Position numbers and translations under genes: made by a program
Origin: Clostridiales bacterium
GTDB taxonomy: Bacteria; Bacillota; Clostridia; Christensenellales; CAG-314
Length of the DNA stretch: 64,000 nucleotides
Assembly (NCBI GenBank): GCA_022508305.1
Contig: JAFLVM010000001.1
Span: forward strand, 770,341-834,340
Reading direction: 5' to 3'
The notes under the pieces: generated by a model
Database searches by the model: none
Told to the model about the DNA's origin: nothing
The model's input: the letters and a program-made list of their open reading frames with translations, nothing else
In this document: in pieces, positions 46,489-55,594 of the stretch
Numbering within the stretch: position 1 is the stretch's first letter
How the letters are laid out: every line of letters starts with the position of its first letter

Positions 46489-48714
46489 ATGCCTAATCAA
46501 AAATTTACAATTTCGCTAAATGTAGAAAATATCGGTCCTCACTATGATGGCAACAAACTTTCTTTTACACATGAGGTCGATTCCAATAAGAGTGTATTTT
46601 TTGCTGTAAATGGTACGGGTAAGTCTTTTTTAAGTAAAACATTCAGACTTGCAGAAAATTTGGAAACACATACCGATGATTTGCTTACTATCGGAAGGAA
46701 TCGTGCCGATTTTACTTTTAGTATAAATGCCAATAACGTTGAAAAACATTTGTCTGTTGTTTTAGAAAAGTACAAGGAACCTGTTATAACTAATACAACA
46801 GGATTACTGTTTCACACATTTAATAGCGATTTCGTTGAAGAAAACATTAAACCGCGCAATTACAATCCAAATGGTGATATTGACGGATATATTCTTGGTA
46901 AAGCTCAGATTGATTTGACGGATGAAAAATTACGAGAGGCAAATCTTGTTGTTGAATTAAATGTATTAAACAATGAGATCGAGTCAATTATATCAAAGGC
47001 AAAATCAGTCTTGCGCAACGCCGGCGTAACATCCAATACTACCGAAATGGCACTTATTACACGAAAAGAATTAGAGCAACTTAAATCCTTTGATGGCATA
47101 CTAACTTTTAAAGAAGTTTTAACTCAATTAGAAAAATTACGCAAAGTGCCGGAAAATCTTTCAGATATTTCTATTCCTAAATTTGACCTTGACATAAGCT
47201 TTTTAGACAATATTGCTGATGAATTAATTACTAGTTACCCTAAATCCGAATGGGACGAAGAATTTGTACGCTACTACAAAGAAAACAGACCTTTTATAGA
47301 AGCCGGCTTGGACAAAATAAATTCCGACGTAAATTGCTGTCCCTTTTGCCAAAGAACATTTGATGAGCAGGCTCTACAATTAATTCAACAATATTCTAAT
47401 TATCGTAATAACCAAGAAGCTAAAACTATTGCTCTTTTGGACACGTACGCGAAAAAAGTAAAATCGCTAATTGACTTGTTGAAAGATGGTAATGCACAAA
47501 TAGTAGCAGCTCAAAATCAATTAAATAAGTTGAAAGAATATTTTCCCTCACTTAAAGACTATACTTTAAGTCTTATAGATTTGAATGAGGAAAGCATAAA
47601 ACTGTTTACTGACATACACAAATTGTTAGAAATTAAAACAAACAACCTTGTATTAACTTTTGATGAATCTTATAACCTAATTAAATGGCTGAAACTGTTT
47701 CTTGACACAGCGCGTAAAAATTATACTCTTAATGCATCCATTCTCGAAGCTGCAAATAGATCTAAAAATAATACAGCCTGCGAGAGACTTGAATTACGAC
47801 GCAAATTGTGTAAGGCAAAGTATATAGAATGCTCATTAGAACTAAAAGATAAATTTGCCAAAATGTCATCACTGCAATCGCAATTAGAAAGTCTCAGATT
47901 AAGAATTAAAGAAAAGGAAGAACAAGTTAAAGTAAGTAAAAGAGACAAAGTTTATTCAACATTAACGTCATTTCTTAATGTTTTCTTTAATGGTAAATAT
48001 ACCATTGATAAAGAAACCTTTGAAATAAATTTTTGGGGCAACAAGGTTGGTCAAAGAGCGTCTCGAATTTTAAGCGATGGAGAAAAAAGTATTGTCGCGT
48101 ATTGCTACTATCTCGCAACTACACATTTGTTGATCGAACGGGAATCTGATTACGATAAATTGTTTTTTATCATAGACGACCCAATATCCAGTATGGATTT
48201 TCACTATGTTTATATGGTTGCCCAAACTTTACGAGATATTAAAAATTTATTTGACATTTCTACACATGAAAGGATTTGGGTATTCACGCATAATATGGAA
48301 TTTTTGAGTATAATCAAAAGAAATCACATTCTTAAATATGCGTTTATAATTAAACCCGGAAAAATAGAAGAAATTAACCATAATCTTTTGATGCCATATG
48401 AAAGTCATCTGACTGATATTGTCAAAATTTCAAAAGGAGAAATACTCCCCAACCATAATACTGCAAATTCAATTCGACATGTATTAGAAACCGTGTGCCA
48501 GTTTGAGTTCCCGGAGAAAGGAATAGAAAAATACATAGAGGAAAACGAAATTCTTGCTAAGAATGCGTATATTTATTCTATTTGCCAAGATTTGTCTCAT
48601 GGAAATTTGCGAAACCAACCACCATATTCAGCAGATGTCTTAATAAGTGCATGTGCTTCCGTTGTTGAATTTATGACTTCAAAATATAAAGGACAAATTG
48701 ACGCTATTAAATAA
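46489..48714 (+). CDS. AAA_13-type ABC ATPase with coiled coil, CxxC hook and a PrrC/RloC-like anticodon-nuclease C-terminal domain, 741 aa
   Basis: Walker A NGTGKS (46612-), long coiled-coil-like region containing CCPFC (47335-47349), signature LSDGEKS (48070-), Walker B FFIIDDPISSMD, VFTHN, then SIRHVLE (R-x3-E) with His 37 aa further on (LSHGNLRN). Confidence 0.7.
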   Translation: MPNQKFTISLNVENIGPHYDGNKLSFTHEVDSNKSVFFAVNGTGKSFLSKTFRLAENLETHTDDLLTIGRNRADFTFSINANNVEKHLSVVLEKYKEPVITNTTGLLFHTFNSDFVEENIKPRNYNPNGDIDGYILGKAQIDLTDEKLREANLVVELNVLNNEIESIISKAKSVLRNAGVTSNTTEMALITRKELEQLKSFDGILTFKEVLTQLEKLRKVPENLSDISIPKFDLDISFLDNIADELITSYPKSEWDEEFVRYYKENRPFIEAGLDKINSDVNCCPFCQRTFDEQALQLIQQYSNYRNNQEAKTIALLDTYAKKVKSLIDLLKDGNAQIVAAQNQLNKLKEYFPSLKDYTLSLIDLNEESIKLFTDIHKLLEIKTNNLVLTFDESYNLIKWLKLFLDTARKNYTLNASILEAANRSKNNTACERLELRRKLCKAKYIECSLELKDKFAKMSSLQSQLESLRLRIKEKEEQVKVSKRDKVYSTLTSFLNVFFNGKYTIDKETFEINFWGNKVGQRASRILSDGEKSIVAYCYYLATTHLLIERESDYDKLFFIIDDPISSMDFHYVYMVAQTLRDIKNLFDISTHERIWVFTHNMEFLSIIKRNHILKYAFIIKPGKIEEINHNLLMPYESHLTDIVKISKGEILPNHNTANSIRHVLETVCQFEFPEKGIEKYIEENEILAKNAYIYSICQDLSHGNLRNQPPYSADVLISACASVVEFMTSKYKGQIDAIK

Positions 48715-48824
48715 CTTCACTGTTATTGAGTTATTATAAATTCGGCATAAAAGTAATTGCAGATAGTTTCTTTAATAGAAATTACTCTAAAAGCACCTAA
48801 TAATACCGTATCGCCAAGAAAGTC

Positions 48825-48856
48825 AAAAGTCCGTTCCATGTCGGAACGGACTTTAA
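48825..48856. terminator. Bidirectional terminator at the island boundary
   Basis: AAGTCCGTTCC-atgtc-GGAACGGACTT (11-bp perfect stem) lies between the convergent RloC-like (+) and GtrA-like (-) genes. Confidence 0.75.
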
Positions 48857-48872
48857 TTATGGTTAAAGATAT

Positions 48873-49493
48873 TTATTTTGGGATTCTTTTGGTATTTTCA
48901 TCGTTCTGTTCATTGGTGCCCGTATCTGCGCCGTTATTAGTAATGTTTACGGTGACTTGAACACTATTTTCTACACTTACCTCGGTAGCTGCCGCTTCTT
49001 TTTCCTGCTGTTTTTTGGCAAGCTCGTTGGTGTCCACCTTGCCGCGGAATACCACAAACTGCTGCCACAAAAATTCCAATACAAAGTTGATTATCATGCA
49101 GGTGCCGAGAGCGATTATGTAGCCCCAACCACCAATGCTTGCAAGTGCTACCTTAATCGTCGGTATATACCATCTTTGGAAGGGGTAGAACGGTATGTAG
49201 AATACAAACGCCAACAGCATTGCAATGGGAACGTTGCTTGCCGCCTTGAAAGTGAACTTGCGGTTAAATGTGAAATTCCACAATATAGACAAAGCAAGAC
49301 CGACCGTGTCGGCAATAAATGTGCTTAAGTCTTGTTCTATTATAAAAAATATTTTCTTGGTTGGGTCTGGAAGAACCCTTGGCAGAATTACAAGCTCGAG
49401 TAGTATTGAGCTTACAAACTGTATTACGCCCGCCGAAATGGAAAACAGCGTAAATTTGACGGCGCGCCACACTTCTTTTTTTGTTAGTTTCAT
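48873..49493 (-). CDS. GtrA family membrane protein with a C-terminal extension
   Basis: WRAVKFTLFSISAGVIQFVSSILL and four TM helices are typical of GtrA-like proteins. Hydrophilic tail of about 60 aa. Confidence 0.7.
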   Translation of the reverse strand: MKLTKKEVWRAVKFTLFSISAGVIQFVSSILLELVILPRVLPDPTKKIFFIIEQDLSTFIADTVGLALSILWNFTFNRKFTFKAASNVPIAMLLAFVFYIPFYPFQRWYIPTIKVALASIGGWGYIIALGTCMIINFVLEFLWQQFVVFRGKVDTNELAKKQQEKEAAATEVSVENSVQVTVNITNNGADTGTNEQNDENTKRIPK

Positions 49494-49566
49494 ATTTTTA
49501 CTTCCGTTTTTCTGAATTTACAGCAAACTGCATTATACTTGGTTTTGAGGTGCTTAGAAGCGACGC

Positions 49567-50997
49567 TTATAGGCGGCTCAAACATTCGTCGAGGCGGCGT
49601 AGCGTTTCTTTCTTACCCAGCAGCTCGGCAATTTCACTTGCACCGCCGGGAGTAGCCGCAAGCCCCGTCAACGCTATACGCGCCGGCCACAGCACTTTGC
49701 CGTTTTTAACCCCTTGCTCCGTTGCCAAAGCAATCAATGCGTCGTACAGGTGTTGATTGTCCCAAACTTCCACTTGGGCAAACTTTTCTTTTACCAAAGG
49801 CAGAATTTCTCTTGCCGTGTCCGCATTTGTCTTTTGTTTTTGGTTGTCGTACAGGCTACTGTCGAAGGGCGGGAATTCCACCAAGAAGCGTAGCTTGTCC
49901 TCAATTTCGCCAAAGGTTTCGATGCGGCTCTGAATAAGCTTACACACAAGCGTCTTGTCGAAATCTTTGAGGTAGCAATTTTCAAGCCATGGCGCAGCGT
50001 ACTCGGCGAACGCTTCGGGAGTCATTTCCTTGATGTACAGTGAGTTCAACCAAGCAAGCTTTACGGGGTCGAAGATTGAGGGGCTTTTGTTTATGCCCGC
50101 GATGTCGAACTTGGCAAGCAATTCGTCAAAAGACATCTTTTCGCTGTCATCCTTGGGCGACCAACCAAGCAGAGCGATGTAATTGATAATTGCGTCCTTT
50201 AAAAAGCCTTTCTTTACCAAATCCTCGTAGCTTGCGTCGCCGTTACGTTTACTGAGCTTGTGTTGCGCGTCCTTCATAATGGGCGGCATGTGAATGTACA
50301 TTGGACGTTCCCATCCGAACGCGTCGTACAGCAAATTGTACTTTGGAGTGCTGGAAAGGTACTCTATTCCGCGCATTACGCAGTTGATACCCATCAAGTG
50401 GTCGTCAATGACGTTGGCGAAGTTGTAGGTGGGCATTCCGTCCGACTTGATAAGAATTTGATCCTCAAGCTCGCTGTTTTCAATAGTAATGTCGCCGTAC
50501 ACAGCGTCGTGGTAGGTCGTGCTACCTTCCGTCGGCATGTTTTGACGGATGACGAACTTTTCACCGCTTTTTATTCTACGGTCTACCTCTTCTTTCGATA
50601 GATGTAGGCAGTGCTTGTCGTAGCGGCGCGCGCCGTTAACGGCGGGCAGGCTCTCAAGGCGCTCCTCACTGCAAAAACAGTAGTAGGCGTGACCGCTTTC
50701 CACCAGTTTCTTGGCGTAGTACATGTACTCGTTAGCGCGTTGACTTTGAATGTACGGGCCGTAGTCGCCGCCCACGTCAGGACCTTCGTCGTAAAGCAGT
50801 CCCGTTTCGTGTAGCGTACGGTAAATTATTTCCACTGCTCCCTCGACGTATCTGCCTTGGTCGGTGTCCTCTATGCGCAAAATGAACTTTCCGTTGTTCT
50901 TCTTGGCGTACAGGTAGGAATACAGCGCAGTTCTGAGTCCGCCAATGTGCAGATACCCTGTAGGGCTGGGAGCAAATCTCGTGCGTAATTGTGACAT
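49567..50997 (-). CDS. gltX: Glutamate--tRNA ligase
   Basis: RFAPSPTGYLHIGGLRTALY (HIGH), KLSKRNG (KMSKS) and a GluRS-type anticodon-binding C-terminus. 476 aa. Confidence 0.95.
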   Translation of the reverse strand: MSQLRTRFAPSPTGYLHIGGLRTALYSYLYAKKNNGKFILRIEDTDQGRYVEGAVEIIYRTLHETGLLYDEGPDVGGDYGPYIQSQRANEYMYYAKKLVESGHAYYCFCSEERLESLPAVNGARRYDKHCLHLSKEEVDRRIKSGEKFVIRQNMPTEGSTTYHDAVYGDITIENSELEDQILIKSDGMPTYNFANVIDDHLMGINCVMRGIEYLSSTPKYNLLYDAFGWERPMYIHMPPIMKDAQHKLSKRNGDASYEDLVKKGFLKDAIINYIALLGWSPKDDSEKMSFDELLAKFDIAGINKSPSIFDPVKLAWLNSLYIKEMTPEAFAEYAAPWLENCYLKDFDKTLVCKLIQSRIETFGEIEDKLRFLVEFPPFDSSLYDNQKQKTNADTAREILPLVKEKFAQVEVWDNQHLYDALIALATEQGVKNGKVLWPARIALTGLAATPGGASEIAELLGKKETLRRLDECLSRL

Positions 50998-51007
50998 AAA
51001 AACCTCG

Positions 51008-51718
51008 TTAATTTAGTGTTTGGACAAATTTATTCGCCGTTTCTTTGATTTTACCTTCGCTGAAAAAGCTGTAGTACTCACCCGCGGCGTTGAATATCAT
51101 GTGCTCAAGCAATACGATATTGATGCTTGCAAGCGCAAAATACAATTTTTCGGTAAAGTGACAATCTGCGTCGCTTGGCTGACATGGACCGCTGACGTGG
51201 CAGTGAAAAATGACTACGCCCGCAGCGTTTACTCGCGTTGCCGTCGCGACCAACTTTTTGCAATCTATGTTGACGTTGTCTACGTTTTCAGAGGTGAATT
51301 CCTCTTGGTACAAAAAATTCGTGGCGCCGTCTACGTACACCGCAACAAGCCTTTCTTTGTAGCTGTCCGCAATTAGCCTGCGCGCGTAAAGAATGATGGA
51401 AGACAAGCCTTTCAACGAAATCTTTTGGCTGTCACTAAGCTTGTAGCGGCGAAACACCTCTTTGAGCACGGCGAGGTTGCACGCAGTAACCTCGGAAATA
51501 CCCTCAACTGTCATAAGCTGCTGAGGCGAGGCGTTGAGAACTCCCGCAAAGCCACCAAAATTATTTAGCAGGTTGTGAGCTATTTTGTTGGTGTCCTTGT
51601 AGGGCAGATACTGAAATAGCAGCAGCTCCAACACTTCGTGGTCCTGAAAACTGCTCAAGCCCTCTTTTTGCATTCTTGCGCGCAGCCGAGCGCGGTGACC
51701 TTGGTTTTCGTGAGCCAT
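51008..51718 (-). CDS. radC: RadC-family JAB-domain protein
   Basis: GHRARLRARMQKEGLSSFQDHEVLELLL N-terminus, HhH-like region and a C-terminal JAB domain (VIFHCHVSGPCQPSDAD). Confidence 0.85.
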   Translation of the reverse strand: MAHENQGHRARLRARMQKEGLSSFQDHEVLELLLFQYLPYKDTNKIAHNLLNNFGGFAGVLNASPQQLMTVEGISEVTACNLAVLKEVFRRYKLSDSQKISLKGLSSIILYARRLIADSYKERLVAVYVDGATNFLYQEEFTSENVDNVNIDCKKLVATATRVNAAGVVIFHCHVSGPCQPSDADCHFTEKLYFALASINIVLLEHMIFNAAGEYYSFFSEGKIKETANKFVQTLN

Positions 51719-51871
51719 AACTTTACCTTTTTCTTTTGAATTTCAAATATGAAAATTGAAGTCCGCATTGAAAAAACTCGCGCGGACAATTTTTTTCGCT
51801 CTAATAATAGCACATTATTAGACTTTTGTGTATAATATAGATACAAAATTTTGCAAGTAGCGGAGATAACT

Positions 51872-53218
51872 ATGAAAGACGCAAAACAAATACTAAACGC
51901 GCAATTTGACGAACTTGTAACGTCGTTGCAAAAGGTCGTGTCGTTTAACACCGAAAAGGGTTCCCCCGAAAACGGCGCGCCATTTGGAAAGGATGTAAAA
52001 TCCTGCCTTGACTATACTTTGGGGCTTGCCTCTGCGTTCGGGCTGGAAACGTACAACTGCGACGGCTACGCAGGTCACGCGGATTTTAACGGGAGTACCG
52101 ACGAAGTGTTGGGCATTCTCGGACATCTTGACGTCGTTCCCTCTAAAGCAGAAGAATGGCTGTACCCGCCGTATGCCGGTGAAATTCACGACGGCAAACT
52201 GTACGGGCGCGGAACGATGGACGACAAAGGACCAATGATTGCATGTTTGTACGCAGTAAAGGCGTTAAAGGAAGCAGGTTTCGCGCCTAAAAAGACCATT
52301 CGGCTTATTTTCGGTTGCGACGAGGAAAGCGGCATGCAATGCGTCGAGCATTATTTCAGTAAAATGCCATTCCCCACCGTGTCATTTTCTCCCGACGGAG
52401 ATTTCCCCGTAATCAACCGCGAAAAGGGCATTTACCAATTCAACGTCGTGTGCGGAAAACTGCCTAAAGGGGTAACAATTACGGCAGGCGAACGCGCAAA
52501 CGTCGTACCGTCATTATGCACGGTAACTGCCACTTCACAGGCGTTGAAAGTAACAGTGGGCGAATTGCATGGCGAAATAACCATAGAACAAACAAGCGAT
52601 GGCTATGTCTTCACTTCACTCGGCAAATCGGCGCACGGCAGCACTCCCGACGAGGGCGTAAACGCTACGCACGTTATGTTGAAAATATTGTCGAGCAACT
52701 TCCCCGACAATGCAACGCTACGTTTCCTTGCAGAAAAGGTAATCGACACGACTGGCAAGGCTTGGGGCATTGACCTCTGCGACAAGGAAAGCGGAAAGCT
52801 CACTTGCAATCTCGGCGTACTAAGAACAGCAGCCGACGGAACGCTCACAGCTACCGTAGACATTCGTTTCCCTGTGACCTACAATTGCAAGCAAATGTAC
52901 GAACTACTCCGCGCAAATACTCCAAGTGAATTTGCAATTGTAGAAAACCACATCAGCGAACCGCTACACGTACCGTCGGACAGTAAGCTTGTGACGACTT
53001 TGATGAACGTTTACAACAAAGAAATGAACGTTAATCTTGAGCCACTTGCAATAGGCGGCGGCACGTACAGCAGATGCCTACCCAACTGCGTAGCGTTCGG
53101 ACCGTTGTTCCCCAAAGAGGAACAAACAATCCACATGCCTAACGAATGCGTAGACCTCGTAAACCTCCGCAAAATGGCAGAGCTGTACCTCGAGGCAATA
53201 TACCAACTGGCAAAGTAA
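51872..53218 (+). CDS. pepV: M20-family dipeptidase (PepV/Sapep-like)
   Basis: GHLDVVP, GRGTMDDKGP and GCDEESG motifs. 448 aa. Start at 51872 (GGAG SD). Confidence 0.75.
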   Translation: MKDAKQILNAQFDELVTSLQKVVSFNTEKGSPENGAPFGKDVKSCLDYTLGLASAFGLETYNCDGYAGHADFNGSTDEVLGILGHLDVVPSKAEEWLYPPYAGEIHDGKLYGRGTMDDKGPMIACLYAVKALKEAGFAPKKTIRLIFGCDEESGMQCVEHYFSKMPFPTVSFSPDGDFPVINREKGIYQFNVVCGKLPKGVTITAGERANVVPSLCTVTATSQALKVTVGELHGEITIEQTSDGYVFTSLGKSAHGSTPDEGVNATHVMLKILSSNFPDNATLRFLAEKVIDTTGKAWGIDLCDKESGKLTCNLGVLRTAADGTLTATVDIRFPVTYNCKQMYELLRANTPSEFAIVENHISEPLHVPSDSKLVTTLMNVYNKEMNVNLEPLAIGGGTYSRCLPNCVAFGPLFPKEEQTIHMPNECVDLVNLRKMAELYLEAIYQLAK

Positions 53219-53245
53219 ATAAATTACAAAAGGAAGAAAAAACAA

Positions 53246-53518
53246 ATGGTAAAACCTAACGTAGTATATGACGAAGATGATTTGGAGTTTTTGGAAGTTC
53301 TGAAATATGTTGTAGAACATCACTGTGAATTAGACTTTGACTATAAAGGTAAAGCGTACAGAATAGAATTTCTACACGGTAAACTTTGCGCTTATCTGAA
53401 TGAGGCAAACACTCCCGAATACTCTTTTGAAGATTTGGACGATTTGATGGAACACTATCTTGTGGATGGCGTACCGTTCAAGGACATAATCCCAGAAATA
53501 GACGCTTATGGCGCTTAG
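53246..53518 (+). CDS. Hypothetical acidic protein, 90 aa
   Basis: ORF with an AAAAGGAAG SD, 27 nt after the pepV stop. No family recognised. Confidence 0.5.
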   Translation: MVKPNVVYDEDDLEFLEVLKYVVEHHCELDFDYKGKAYRIEFLHGKLCAYLNEANTPEYSFEDLDDLMEHYLVDGVPFKDIIPEIDAYGA

Positions 53519-53541
53519 TCATCTTCAATTTAAACAGTAAC

Positions 53542-53579
53542 AAAAAAACGCGGCAGAGAGTTCTGTCGCGTTTTGTTTT
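53542..53579. terminator. Bidirectional rho-independent terminator
   Basis: AAAAAAA-CGCGGCAGA-gagt-TCTGTCGCG-TTTTGTTTT lies between convergent genes ending at 53518 (+) and 53608 (-). Confidence 0.85.
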
Positions 53580-53607
53580 AATTGTTAGTTTTGATAATTT
53601 GAGACAA

Positions 53608-54177
53608 TTACTTCTTCTCTTTGAGCAGTTCCACGATTTCGGAAAGCAGTTGTTGCTCCGTCTTGGGAGCGTTTGCCGCTGCTTCTTCCGCTGCAAGTCT
53701 TGCCGCCTCTTCCGCTGCTGCTGCCTTTTCTTGAGCTGCAACTTCAATTTCGCTAAAAGATTTGCCTTCCTTTCTCAACGCTCTTATTTCTTCCTTGGTG
53801 AGGGGAGCAAATCTTTCCTTGCCCTTCTTTACGCCTGCGTTGACGCTGTTGATAGCCTTGACAATGCAGAACAGCACAAGAGCGATAAGCAAGAAGTTGA
53901 TAATAGCCGTGATAAATGCGCCCCAGTCAATGTAGATGGATTGAGACATGTCCACAACGCCGTCTACCTTGTAGGGTATCAGCATTGTTACCGCGCCTTC
54001 CATACCGTTTCCGCCGGTGATAACTGCCAGTAACGCGTTGATGAGCGGCATCAAAATTTGATTGGTGAGAGCGGTTACGATTGCGCTGAACGCGCCGCCG
54101 ATAATAACGCCGACAGCAAGGTCGATTACGTTTCCGCGAGAAATAAAGGTCTTAAATTCCTTAAAAAACTTTTTCAT
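53608..54177 (-). CDS. mscL: Large-conductance mechanosensitive channel MscL with an Ala/Glu-rich C-terminal extension
   Basis: MKKFFKEFKTFISRGNVIDLAVGVIIGGAFSAIVTAL is a classic MscL N-terminus. 189 aa. Confidence 0.9.
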   Translation of the reverse strand: MKKFFKEFKTFISRGNVIDLAVGVIIGGAFSAIVTALTNQILMPLINALLAVITGGNGMEGAVTMLIPYKVDGVVDMSQSIYIDWGAFITAIINFLLIALVLFCIVKAINSVNAGVKKGKERFAPLTKEEIRALRKEGKSFSEIEVAAQEKAAAAEEAARLAAEEAAANAPKTEQQLLSEIVELLKEKK

Positions 54178-54273
54178 AGCTTCTCCTTGATGTATTTTTT
54201 AGATTAACACGATTATACCATTACCGAATAAATCTTGCAAGAGTTTGAACAGTTTTGAATTACAAACAATCAG

Positions 54274-54302
54274 TTGCAAAAATAAACTTTTTACTGTATA
54301 CT
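54274..54302 (+). promoter_or_regulatory. Promoter for tRNA-Pro
   Basis: TTGCAA (54274-54279), 17-nt spacer, TATACT (54297-54302), 20 nt upstream of the tRNA. Confidence 0.6.
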
Positions 54303-54321
54303 AATATAGCAAACGAAACGT

Positions 54322-54397
54322 CGAGGTGTAGCGCAGATGGTAGCGCGCTTGGTTCGGGACCAAGAGGCCGTGGGTTCAAATCCCGCCACTTCGACCA
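54322..54397 (+). tRNA. tRNA-Pro (anticodon CGG), CCA encoded
   Basis: Acceptor CGAGGTG/CACTTCG. D-stem GCGC/GCGC. Anticodon stem CTTGG/CCAAG with loop TT-CGG-GA. T-arm GTGGG-TTCAAAT-CCCGC. 76 nt. Confidence 0.92.
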
Positions 54398-54401
54398 CAA
54401 A

Positions 54402-54509
54402 CAAAGGTTAGGTTTGATACAAGATGATCAAACCTTTTCTTTTTGCTATTCAACTGTTATGCGAAAGGTCAAGCACATAAAAAAGACGGTGGTATTTTGT
54501 TCCAACCGT
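54402..54509. repeat. 108-bp direct repeat, copy A (tRNA-Pro terminator + minus-strand terminator)
   Basis: Hand alignment with 55595-55702 gives 91/108 identical, ungapped. Contains AGGTTTGAT...ATCAAACCT+TTTTCTTTTT and the ACGGTGG...CCAACCGT hairpin. Confidence 0.85.
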
Positions 54510-54534
54510 TTAATCTTCGCTTATAATTTTCGTA

Positions 54535-55446
54535 TTATAAATAATCACTACACCTTTCTAAATCTTTGACAACGACACCTATTTTAGCGTTCTTTATTAT
54601 CATTTCATTTATCCATTCTACATCTTGTTGATATAATTTCTCGGGACGAAATAACAAATGCGTTCTATCTGACGATCCCTTCGGTCCTTTCAGTGTTTTA
54701 GTAAAATCTAAATTAGAAACGCTTCTTGGCACCTCTTGTATATTATTCGTTACAAGCACAATAACTCTACTGTCTGAAATAGGATAAAAATAGTATATCG
54801 GCAAATGGAATGACGCTCCATTAGGTAATACGCCTTCTCCGTTCATTACAACTGGATAGCAGTCGGATATTAAAAAATCCACCAAACCACGGCGTTCCAA
54901 AATACACATATAAAATGAGGAAAATTCATGTTTGAAAAATACTTTTAATGGATTGCTGACTTCCGGATTGCTTAAAACATCTTTAATACTACGGCTTTGG
55001 CTTACAAGATGAACATTTTTTAGCCATATATTTTTCATAACCGTATCATCGGAATTTCTGCCATACATTTCTTTTGAATTGTCCGACATATTGTCGAACT
55101 GATCTCTCGTGCCGACCGTACGAAATGCTAACAAAGAAAGGAATATTCGCAACCGCTCATCTTCCGCAACTGTTAAACTAATTTCAGCATCATTATTTAA
55201 TTTCTTAAAAATAGGTGCAATGTCCGTCTCAAACTTCGCCAAACTTTCCTCTATCTCTAAATTGTTTTCTGCGTTGGAGTACAAATATCTCTCCATAAAA
55301 ACGTTTGATACATACGAAGTAGAATACTCCTCTTCACCAGCCTCAAAGAAATAAACCCTTTCCTTGTTTTGGTCGTAACAAAAATTTTTTAAGATGAACT
55401 GCGGAATATAATGTTGCCGCACATGAGATCTTTGCGATTCACCCAT
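54535..55446 (-). CDS. DUF4238 domain protein, 303 aa
   Basis: N-terminal RQHYIPQFILKNF matches the HYxPQFYLxxF signature I associate with DUF4238. AT-rich. Flanked by the 108-bp direct repeats. Confidence 0.65.
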   Translation of the reverse strand: MGESQRSHVRQHYIPQFILKNFCYDQNKERVYFFEAGEEEYSTSYVSNVFMERYLYSNAENNLEIEESLAKFETDIAPIFKKLNNDAEISLTVAEDERLRIFLSLLAFRTVGTRDQFDNMSDNSKEMYGRNSDDTVMKNIWLKNVHLVSQSRSIKDVLSNPEVSNPLKVFFKHEFSSFYMCILERRGLVDFLISDCYPVVMNGEGVLPNGASFHLPIYYFYPISDSRVIVLVTNNIQEVPRSVSNLDFTKTLKGPKGSSDRTHLLFRPEKLYQQDVEWINEMIIKNAKIGVVVKDLERCSDYL

Positions 55447-55594
55447 ATTCTTAATATTTTCCTTTATCTACTTTATCATAGATTAACATAATTTATATCC
55501 CCTCGTCAATGGTCTCTTTCGCAGCAAACACCCCTTATTAGAAAAATTATATGGGATGACACATTGTATTAAAATGGGTAGTCCAGCACACAAT

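Noticed and set aside
48827-48853. Weak similarity of GTCGGAACGGAC to the tRNA-Arg 3' end (CTCGGGAACGCC) as a possible attR
   Set aside because: Only a few bases match, and the sequence is fully explained as a perfect 11-bp terminator stem.
53608-53760. MscL C-terminal Ala/Glu-rich extension, and the RadC JAB motif reading HCHVSG instead of HNHPSG
   Set aside because: Both are within normal family variation as far as I can judge, with no supporting context for a special role.
54255-54569. 104-aa plus-strand ORF covering tRNA-Pro and repeat copy A
   Set aside because: It spans a tRNA and two terminator hairpins and has no SD.
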